This document shows, one piece after another, positions 29,091 to 39,365 of a DNA stretch of 64,000 nucleotides. The notes under the pieces were generated by a model. The model was not told the DNA's origin. It did not search any database and worked only from the letters and a program-made list of their open reading frames with translations. Location of the stretch: positions 517,935-581,934 of the forward strand of contig NW_027192211.1 of assembly GCF_041956535.1 (NCBI RefSeq). The letters are read 5' to 3'. The position numbers and the translations under genes are program-made. The first letter of the stretch is position 1. Each line of letters begins with the position of its first letter. This DNA comes from Calcarisporiella thermophila CBS 279.70. Its lineage: Eukaryota > Fungi > Calcarisporiellomycota.

Positions 29091-31133
29091 ATGGCGGGCG
29101 ACAAACTCACAAGAATTGCCATTGTCAACAATGACAAGTGTAAACCCAAAAAATGTCGACAAGAATGTAAAAAATCATGTCCTGTGAACCGAATGGGTAC
29201 TTTAAAAATTTTTTTTAATCCAAAAGATATTTATATTTATACGTATTTAATTGCATCTTTCGACAGGAAAACTTTGCATTGAAGTCACCCCCGAATCGAA
29301 AATCTCTTTTATTTCTGAAGAACTCTGCATTGGTTGTGGTATTTGTGTGAAGAAATGCCCATTCGGTGCGATTAACATTGTCAATCTTCCAACTAATCTC
29401 GAGAAGGACACGACCCATCGTTATTCTGCCAACGCTTTTAAGCTACATAGGCTTCCTGTCCCACGACCTGGCCAAGTTCTTGGGTTGGTTGGGACTAATG
29501 GTATCGGAAAGAGTACGGCTTTGAAGATCTTAGCTGGAAAGTTGAAGCCCAATCTTGGTAAATATGATGTAAGTATCCATCACAAAATTCTATTTTTTCC
29601 GAAATCTTCTCTTTTATGATATTCCGGGAGATATCTGGTGTACTAATATCTATCATGCATTTTTTAGAACCCACCTGATTGGCAAGACGTTCTTAAGTAT
29701 TTCCGCGGTAGTGAACTGCAGAATTTCTTCACAAAGATTCTCGAAGACAACTTAAAGGCCATCATCAAACCCCAATACGTTGATCATATCCCTAAAGCTG
29801 TACGTGGCACTGTTACAGACCTAATTGATGCCAAGCTCGACCGCAATAACAAGCAGGAGCTTATCGAGGCTTTGGATTTGCAAGACGTGCTTTCCCGTAA
29901 AGTGGAGCAGCTATCTGGCGGTGAATTACAACGCTTTGCAATTGCAGTAGTATGTGTGCAAAAAGCTGATATGTAAGTCGACCCTAAAAAAACGAGAGAT
30001 ATTTTTTATTATGCTAATTCACTTGCGATTTCTTTAACTATAGCTATATGTTCGACGAGCCATCTTCTTACTTGGATGTGAAGCAACGTCTTAACGCTGC
30101 CCGTACGATCCGTACCCTGTTACAACCTACCGTATATGTAATTGTGGTAGAGCACGACTTGTCAGTCCTGGACTATTTGTCCGATTTTATCTGCTTGCTC
30201 TATGGTATGCCATCCGTGTACGGTGTCGTCACCCTTCCTCTCTCTGTGCGTGAGGGTATCAATGTATTCTTAGATGGCAAGATCCCGACTGAGAACTTGA
30301 GATTCCGTGAAGAATCCCTCACATTTAAGTTGGCGGAGTCTGCAGACGATCAACAAGTAGAGCGTAACCGATTGTACAAGTACCCGCCCATGGTTAAACA
30401 ACTCGGAGATTTCAAACTGTCTATCGATGGAGGTAATTTCACGGATTCTGAAATTATTGTGATGCTTGGTCAAAATGGTACGGGCAAGACCACCTTTATT
30501 CGTCTGCTGGCTGGCAAGCTCAAGGCCGATGGTAACGAGCAAGTCCCTGAGCTCAATGTCAGCTATAAGCCGCAGAAGATTAGCCCGACCTTCCAGGGTA
30601 CAGTGCGCATGTTGCTTCTTAAGAAGATCAAAGCGATGTTTATGCACCCACAGTTCCAGACCGATGTCGTGAAGCCTTTGCAGATCGAAAGCATCATCGA
30701 CAACGATGTGCAGACTTTGTCTGGTGGTGAGTTGCAGCGTGTTGCTATCGTGCTCTGCTTGGGTCAACCCGCCGACGTTTACCTGATCGATGAGCCGTCA
30801 GCCTACCTGGATTCGGAGCAACGTATCATCGCAGCTAAAGTTATCAAACGCTTCGTATTGCATTATAAGCGCACTGCATTCATCGTAGAGCACGATTTCA
30901 TCATGGCAACTTATCTTGCGGATCGTGTCGTGGTCTACGACGGTACTCCCTCGGTGGAAGCACACGCATGCTCCCCTCAATCGCTTCTCACGGGAATGAA
31001 TAAGTTCCTTGCGAGCCTTGAGATCACCTTCCGTCGTGATCCGACAAATTACCGTCCCAGAATCAATAAGTCTGATTCAGTAAAGGATAAGGAGCAGAAG
31101 GCCACTGGAAACTATTTCTTCATGGACGAGTAA
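29091..31133 (+). CDS. RLI1: ABCE1/Rli1 ribosome recycling factor
   Basis: [14 protein letters not shown] Fe-S domain, [13 protein letters not shown], two ABC domains, [15 protein letters not shown]; 3 introns. Confidence 0.98.
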
Positions 31134-31504
31134 ATAGGCGAATGCTTTGTATAGAGTAATTCTCTTGAGCGTCTTCTAAATTTTAACATTTTTTTTTCTT
31201 CTCTTTTCCTCGCTTCTTCTTCTTGTACTTTGGGATTCCTCCACTTTATCCTACTTTTTCCCCAATTTTGAATAAGTAGCGAAAAAAAAGACTCATGTAT
31301 GAAAATATCTTACTAAAAATGATATTCTTTCCCACCCCTCTCTCTGCTATTGTTTCTTTTTTTTTTTTCCTTTTATTTCTTTCTTATTATTAGGTAAGAA
31401 TGGTTAAATTACTTATATTGGATCATAAGAAATTAAAAATTGTGAACATATGCTTACTCTATTAATAAACAAAGAAAAAGAAATGACAATACACCGAGAG
31501 ACAA

Positions 31505-31945
31505 TGCAAGGGCGGATTCTAAATGGTAGCGCTCTTCTAATTTCAGCCCTAAGCTTATGTGCAGGAGACAACGGAGACTAGAAATCCAACCACAATTCCA
31601 ATCAAGTAGGTTAGCGTTAGATGAAATACGCCACGGGTCGATTTTGTGGATCGTGCGAGGATTATTGTCGACGGCACGGAGCACTCCTCGAGGTCAGTCT
31701 ACAAGGTCTACTTGGATGCGATCGCCGCGTCTTAAGCGCTGATCGCTCGGTCAGGGAGTCAACCTAATCACACTATCAACCGAGGGATCCCCGTGGCTCT
31801 GCATGGCCATTCCCCTCGTCCCTGATTTCTATTCGCCCCATGGCCGCTACGCTACAACCTTCCGGGGTGACCCTAACCTAATGTTAATTATTCAATCCAA
31901 ACCACTAGGTTTCTCCCGTTGCGTGGCAATGATACACAACATAAA
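31505..31945 (+). ncRNA. Candidate structured ncRNA (unassigned family)
   Basis: GC-rich intergenic island with nested stems that need G-U pairs on the + strand, an H-type pseudoknot and A/C-rich linkers; no credible ORF. Confidence 0.45.
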
Positions 31946-32052
31946 TTAAACGCGTTATACCTCATGAAATTAGGACAAAGCCTCTGGTCGGTTATCAATC
32001 TTTTTTTACTCTTCTGTGTATTCCCCTAATTCTGTAATTCTTTCTAGGGATA

Positions 32053-33531
32053 ATGGGCAATCGTCAATCGGCATCATCCTCGAGCTCTGACGACTACGCC
32101 CGTAAGACGTCTTCCTTCCATTCCTACCTCCGCTCGAGCGCCGTCCGCTCTTCCTCGCCCACCCTCATTGAACGCCCCCTCTCTCCGACCATCTCAATCA
32201 AAAGTGACGGTCCTCCAATTTCTGCCTCCACGCACTCCTCACGCTACTCTGCTCTCAGTCCTGTTATTCGATCCAATTCTACTGTCTCCTATGCATCGCT
32301 CCAGCGCATTCGGAAAATACCAAAGGGTTTTTATTTGTTTCCCACCGATGCCTCCGAAGTAGAAAGATTAAGAAAAATACACTATCTTCTAAGAACCGTT
32401 TTCAAAGCGTAAATGTCTTTTTATGCGCTTTCCGTAATAATATTCGACTCATAGTGTTCTTCAACAGAGATTACTTGGCACCGGTAGCAAGTGTTTTGGA
32501 TAATGGAGCAAGGGTTCTCGATGTGGGGTAAGAATATTTGCTCTCTAACACATTTGTCGCATTCATTTACCAAGGTCAAATGTTGCACCTCTATGTGACA
32601 AATATTAGATGTGGGCCTGGTTATTGGACTCTAGAAATGGCAGCCAACTATCCGCGTTCTCAATTTATTGGGATTGACATTGTGGCAATTCAACCCAAAC
32701 CACCTCGGAATGTCAAGTTTCTACAGTGCGATCTGAACCATGGGTTGCCTTTTGAAAATGACTCCTTTGGTACATTGCAATTCTTGTGCGAATCTATGCC
32801 TCCCTTTTAATTTTTTTTCCAAAAGACTTTGTATTTATGCGATTGATGTACTCAGCAATACGAGTTGATCAATGGCCACACATCGTGCGTGAGTTAAAGC
32901 GTGTAACCAAACCAGGGGGATATGTGGGTTAAGTTTGCAAAGTCCTGTGGAGAAATTTTTTATCTGATGAGAAAGCATTGTTTATTAGATAGAGCTTACA
33001 GAGCCAGATTGGAATATCGCGAATAAAGGCCCAGTGGCATCATATGTGATTTCTCAAGGTATATTGTTGCTGAGTGCATGCTATTGTTCTCTAGCGGTGT
33101 AGTCTAATGCATATAGTTGTCGTGAAGTGATAAACACATTTCAATCCAGAAGCATCGATCCATATGTTGCCAGACATATCCACCGATATCTCAAGAGAGA
33201 AGGAATCAAGGATGTGAAGGCTGTAGGGCTCTCTTTGCCTCTGCAGAAATGGGGAGGCGGTATTGGCGAGCTAATGGCTGATAACATGCGGTCGCTTTTG
33301 AATTCTCTTCGCCCGTACATTCCAACACCATCTCTTGACGGCGAAACGAAGGTGTTTGATGCGCTGGTCTCGAATGTACTGGAAGAGTTTGAGGAACGAA
33401 AGGCTTGTGCTACTATACGAAAGGCCTTTGGCAAAAAAGAAGTGCTGGTAATACCAAATGAAATGGAGGATATTAAGCCGCCGCAGATACCACAGCGTGC
33501 CCCCTCTCGATTAATGAGAAAACAGTTGTAA
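32053..33531 (+). CDS. Class I SAM-dependent methyltransferase (Methyltransf_25/LaeA-like)
   Basis: EVERL..IHYLL, RVLDVG|CGPGYW, FIGIDI, GLPFENDSF|DFVFMR, ELKRVTKPGG; N-terminal MGNxxS. Confidence 0.88.
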
Positions 33532-33769
33532 TCGCAATTTATTTATTGTAAGTTCAATACCTCATATATCTGTTCCTGTAATTAGTACTCGTTGATATTT
33601 CGATGGCATAACTCTCTGCTATTTATTTTTTTGTGAACAATTCAAGTTGAACTTTTGCTATATGTAAGATCTCAAGTTTAATCAGACATGCTGAATTTAG
33701 ATATTGAAGAGTCAAATATTCAACATTATCTGCAACTCGTTAATATCTCCTTTAAAGATTCTATACCTT

Positions 33770-34500
33770 GAATAGTATTTTTCGAAAATATTTCCACACT
33801 TGTCAACGACTTGCGCAATTGAACGTAAAAATTACGATATATATTCCTCTCTCATCCACAAGTACTGGTGTACTTGTGGATGAGAGAGGATCGACGTTTA
33901 AGAATTGTTGCAACGTGCTCAAAGATAACGAAAGGATGCATATCATTGATAACCAAGAAAATTTGCGACTAGGTGGCGGACCAGTCAAGGCGGGGAAAGC
34001 ATACTTCAAAAAGCAACATTACTCATGTTTTTGCATGATGCTGTTTACTCCTGGCGGAGAGAAGAAATATTTTGACTTCTTTTCAGATACTTTGACTCAC
34101 AACGTTCTTTTTGTAAAGAATTGCCTTAGTATTTAGTTATCCAAAATCTCACTTGGCGGGATAGGCACTCTTTTTTGGAAGCTTGGAACAATTGTTACTC
34201 CCGTTTCAAGTGCAAACAATTTGTCTACTATTTGTTGCATGAAGGTCCTTTAAAGCACAACAAAGAGTTGCGATGGAATTTCTTTGCGGTATACCACAGA
34301 GAGCATAAAGTAGATGGTCATTTTGGTCTACTCACTCGCTGGTTCTCGGTGATTGAATCAATAGCTGGAACAAATATCTGCAATAGGTTGGTTTCGTTTT
34401 TTGAAAACCTTTTGCAAAGAACCAATAGCGGCAGAGTTCAAGCGTAAAAAAGCTGTTAATTAAGCTTTTTCACTACAAAAAGACCAAGAGACTGGAAGCC
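33770..34500 (+). mobile_element. Degenerate DDD/E-type DNA transposase remnant (Sola/Zator-like, tentative)
   Basis: Fragmented frames with IIDNQEN, DFFSDTLTHN..FV, WNNC..RFK, WNFF..YH....DGHFG; stops and frameshifts; no TIRs identified. Confidence 0.55.
33845..33890. repeat. Perfect 21-bp inverted repeat with 4-nt spacer
   Basis: TCCTCTCTCATCCACAAGTAC-TGGT-GTACTTGTGGATGAGAGAGGA. Confidence 0.95.
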
Positions 34501-34853
34501 TTGAAGATCCTGTCGGTTGAGAAGTTTTCGAAGATTTTCTCAGTTTCCTATGAAACTAAGACGATGTTTGCGCTTGATAGTTCTGAGTAGGGCGAAATCT
34601 GCCAGAAAATCTTTAACGGGTGATGAGATGGTCTCCGGAACGCACGGAAGAAGAAAAGAAACCAGTGTCCAAAATCCGTGGTAAGTGCGTCGCCGCCGCG
34701 ATATATTTAGTGTAATAATCTTTAGAATGAATTTAAATATAAATTTGTATTGAATAGTTGTGATTACTTAAGGGTAGTTGCATGAGTGTGAGTAATAATA
34801 AATGGTGTATATAATTTCACAGATGAGATATTAAATTTACAATGGTTATAAAT

Positions 34854-37724
34854 TCAAGAACCGTTGATCTCCTTCAAAAAATTAAGATAGCTCACGTGTC
34901 GTTCAGAAAATAATTCCGTAATATTTCGGCTGTCGATTATTCCAATGAGTTGCGGCCAGATGCAGCTCTCATTTCCGCGTAGATCATAATTGTGAGAATT
35001 AATGATCATTGGAGAACCAGGAAATTTAGCCGGATATGCGACCAAAATTCGAATGACGCCATGTTGACAATGTTGTTTAAGGATGGTTAAAAGTGGCGCT
35101 GTGCGCTCCCTGTTAATCAAATTGCCATCTCGATTACGATACAAGAGGTTTGGATCGGTAGTGCGAAGTGATATGGATTCAACATAGTTACGTAGTTTCA
35201 CTTGCACTAGAACGGGAATATGTATTTCTCCTGATGCCCCTTGAATTTTCACAAAAAACACAAGATCTGGTCCTGCGAGATTATCAGGGGCAAAAAATGG
35301 AGGCCTTGTAGAGGCGTCATCTTGCAGATAATTGCCAAGATTGTACTCAGGAGTTGAGAGAAGCAGTTTGACATTCGTAAATCTTGGCCGAGTTGGAGTT
35401 ACCACTATCGCGGATTCGTAAAACAATGGCATGTTTAGTCCCTCAATACCTTGAAATAGTGCCAGTTGAGAGAGTTTTCGCGTGCCATCAAATATGCGCT
35501 CCATTTCCTCGGGGATACAGCGCTCCCAAAGCTTACCAATCATTGCGGGATCAGACTTGAAAATGGTCATTGTTTGAAATACTGAATCTATCATTTTGTG
35601 TCTATCGCGAAAAAAATAAATGGCGGCCAGCACTACCAATGGCTCATCGATGAAAGCCGCAAAACCAGAATACAGATTTGAGATCACGTGGGATTCAGCT
35701 TTAACAGGTATAATCTCCTGTTCTTGTTGGAGAATATTGTCAATTGAAGGATCACCCGATTTCACACGTTCGAGACGAGCGGGCCTAAATGGGCTAAGGT
35801 ATCGCATTCGACAGAGACCCTTTTCGACCAGCTTGAGATCTTTCTCAATAAAATAGCGTGGTTGTCCCGTATATACATAATTTAATACCGCCTCGTGTAT
35901 TTGGTTTAAAAGTTGCCAGCCGCCTCCTCTATCTTCAATTCGAACTAAGGTGGAATAAAATGAGTATCTTGCGCTTAGTCTTGCAGACACCGGCTGTTCC
36001 TCTTTCGCAATGACGATCGCTATCAATTCATCTATAGCGTCGATGTAAGAATAGCCACGGACCATATACTCAATGCAAGTAACAAGAGGACGGTAGCGCC
36101 CACGGCATAGATCAAATAAATGGGAAGATTGCTCTTTAGAAATATCGAGGAAACGTGATGCATAACTATGAACTTGATCCGCACTTTCCCAACCGCCGAA
36201 ATTTACAAATGAGACAAGACCACCTGGTTTTAAACAACCCGACCTAAATTTTGGCTCGAGTTTGATTAGCGATAACCCTGTCCCACTCAAAATCACACAT
36301 AAATCTCGGTGAAGTCTATGAAGAGAATTGAGGACATGTGCAACTGGTGAAAGTAGTGTCCGCTTTTGTTTCGGATCTTGTGAAGAACGAAAGTATCCGT
36401 TCAAGTGGCAATCCAATTCCTGTGCTTCGTCAATTATTACAGGGAATATCGGAAAATTTTTGGTAAATTCCCTTAATTTGCTGTACTCCGTCGTGATTGC
36501 TAGTTGAATGCTATACGTATCACATACTGCGAGCTGTGACATTAAGTCGCAGAAAATATCTTGTCTATACCCAGATAAATGTGCGAAATATACCGGAGCA
36601 ATCTGAAGCAGAAGCCATTTTCGCGGGGTGAAGTTGGGATCTTTAAATAAGCAGTACCGAAGAATTAAAATGCGAGAGAGAATAGCACTATACATCCAAT
36701 GCTCAGCAATCGCCCGGTTCGTTTCATAGTCCTCTTTAGTGACGCGAGCTGATATTAATTCAACTAATGTGGCAAAATCACCGGAACCAAAGTTGTCTTG
36801 CCTCTCTACCACAAAAAAAAATCCCCAGTTCGTAGAAAGAAGTTCATAACAGGTGCGCGTTTTCCCACAGCCAGAAGGTCCTAGCAAAACCATCATATTC
36901 CAAGTATCGAGTGCCAGCTCCATGCTTTGAAAAATTTCATCCAGATGTGTCAGTCTGTCCAAGCTATCAATTGTCTCTGGTAGCGAGTGCAAAAGCAGTG
37001 ATGGAATTTGGGGCCTCAACATAGGAATGTTAGATTCGGGCTTCATGCCCAGAGAAAAATCGTTGACAGTAGCCGGACGGTGATATGTTGGAAAGCTGTG
37101 GTTACTCGTAAGATAATTGTTGAGGAATATTCCAGGATCTCCAACGAAGAATCGATCATTAATGCTTTTAACTGAACTTGAAACCGATAAAGGTGAATCA
37201 ACTAATATTTGATTAACATTTAGTTTTTATATTTATTATATTGAATTAGAATTTTGATTATTTTACCTTCATATAAGCGGGCTTTCTTCAGGTTTTTAGG
37301 GACAGAAAATAAAGGCTCTGTTAACGGCCCGCTTGAAACAACCACTGATAAAACAAAAAATGTATTGATATATTTGCTATGATAAATTAAATATGAAGTA
37401 AAATTGCGTACCTTGGGGCAATTCAACCAACACATGTATATGTTTTCTCTGTGGCTCTTCTGGAAAATATTCGTAGATTTCGTCTAGTGGCGAGAGCCTT
37501 AGTTTGCTTATAGTTTCCGTGTTGCCGGCAGATCTCTGGAGATCTTTGAAGGATAAATCGATCTTCCAGAGAATTAACTCTGAAGGATCAATACCTCCTA
37601 ATTGGCGGGGATTCTTCTCTATAATTTTCCCTTTGAGAACTTCGACGCTATCCGATCCATCAATCTCGAGTGAAAAGGCCTCGGAGAATCTGCTCGGATT
37701 ATTGATCACGCAATTAAGCCGCAT
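34854..37724 (-). CDS. Crinkler (CRN) family protein: CRN N-terminal Ubl + P-loop NTPase + restriction-endonuclease-like domain
   Basis: Exon 1 has SVEVLKGKI, LILWKID, HIHVLVELP. Large exon has GPSGCGKT, VIIDEAQ, GPDLVFF...LVQVKL. Two introns (~37345-37411, ~37202-37266). Confidence 0.88.
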
Positions 37725-37869
37725 GTTATATACATTACCAAGAAAAAGTGAGAAAATGTGATGATTGCTATTTTCAATTTGTTGGAATATATTTATCTAA
37801 GCCTCCAATTTTCACGAATAAACTCGAATAACTTTTAAAAGCTTCAAATTACAGCTTAAAGGAAATATA

Positions 37870-38982
37870 ATGACATCAAAGCTATCTCACACTGAAGCCA
37901 TAAATCGCCTCCAAGAGCTGCGGCAGACAGGGGAGCGACAACCGGATTTTGTCGTCACTATCGGAAAAGATCTTCTTCACTCGGGCGGAGCGAACAAGAT
38001 GGGCGATGAAGGTAGAATAGATTGGATTTTTATTGGTCTCAAGAATTCGGTGAGCTCATGCCTTTACCTCAATGCTTGTAGTATGGAACTTTTATGAGCA
38101 ACTGTGTATTGCTGCATTGGATGTGGGAGATATGGCGCTAGCGGATGTAATAATTGAAGATGTATTTTTTCCCGGATTCGCGCACCAAATAACATATTTT
38201 CATATTAGAATTGTCTTTCACGTCTAAAGAAACGGTTTCCTCGCTCTGCACGCGTAAAACGTCTCGAAGGAATGACGCTAGAGGCCGAAGGAAAGCTAGA
38301 GGAAGCCCAACAGATCTATACTAAGATTCTTGAAGAGGATGAGACTGACTCGGTATGCCTTCTGTTCATAAGGCTAAAATTTTAAGGAAGATTTAATAAT
38401 CTCACGTGTACTGACTATGGGTAGGCGGTGCTAAAGCGAGGAATTGCAATTCGCATTGCCAAAGGTGAGATGGCTGAGGCGATTGCTGCGCTGAATAGTT
38501 ATTTGGAATTCTATTACAACGATCCTGAAGCTTGGGGCGAGCTATGTTCATTATATATGCGCGAACATATGTAAATTTTGGGTTGATAATAGGATTCTGT
38601 CCGTTTTTGGTTCAACTCTGCATTTCTATTTAATAGGTACCAGCAGGCGTCTCACTGCGCCGAAGAGCTCATCCTCCTCCAGCCCCATAATCATTTGCAT
38701 CACTTACGCCATGCTGAAATCCAGCGTACCCTTGGCAATCTAGATGTGGCTCTGAAAGCTTTCTGTCGAGTTGTGGAAATGTGCACCGATCACGTCCGTG
38801 CATTATATGGGATGCAAGCGTGCAGTGCTCAGTTATTGCGAGAAAGTGGAGGAAAGGGAGAATATTTAGCTGAATTAAATGAACTGGCTACAGAGCGTTT
38901 GCTGGATGTGTATTCTCGTGGGAATGCTCCTGATCATGTAAAACAGGTAGTCCGGAAGTGGGTTGAGGAGACTTGCAACTAA
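37870..38982 (+). CDS. EMC2: ER membrane protein complex subunit 2 (TPR)
   Basis: WNFYEQLCIAALD, RFPRSARVKRLEGMTLEA, YLEFYYNDPEAWGEL, CAEELILLQPHN, RALYG. Confidence 0.92.
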
Positions 38983-39365
38983 AAGAAAGAGAGGTCAGAG
39001 ACTTTATAGATATCTAATTTTCCATTGGCTGTAGTCTTTTTTATTTTTTGTTTGCTTTATTTTTTTTTTTCACTCAATACAGATATATATTTTTTATCAT
39101 TTAACATGCAAATATATCTGTTCGAAAAGATACATTAGAAAAGTAGCGAAAATAGTGCCTATGGAGTTTAACTGATTACGTGGTAATTTATCTCCCCGTG
39201 GTGAGTTAGCCCCTCTTTGATTTTGTTTACCCAAGACTGAGCAGTCATAAAGTTGCAGAAAGGGATAGAGTTCTTTTGACAATTCGCTGAATGCGTATTG
39301 ACTTGTTTAACCTCTTTTTCCGATATCAAAATATTCTCAGCATTTTGTGAGGAGGCCAGACCAAT

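Noticed and set aside
31140-31400. Long pyrimidine-rich tract after RLI1
   Set aside because: Ordinary low-complexity 3' UTR/terminator.
31816-31826. 11-nt complementarity (TCGTCCCTGAT) to 50316-50326 in the other structured segment
   Set aside because: A match of this length between segments of these sizes is plausible by chance.
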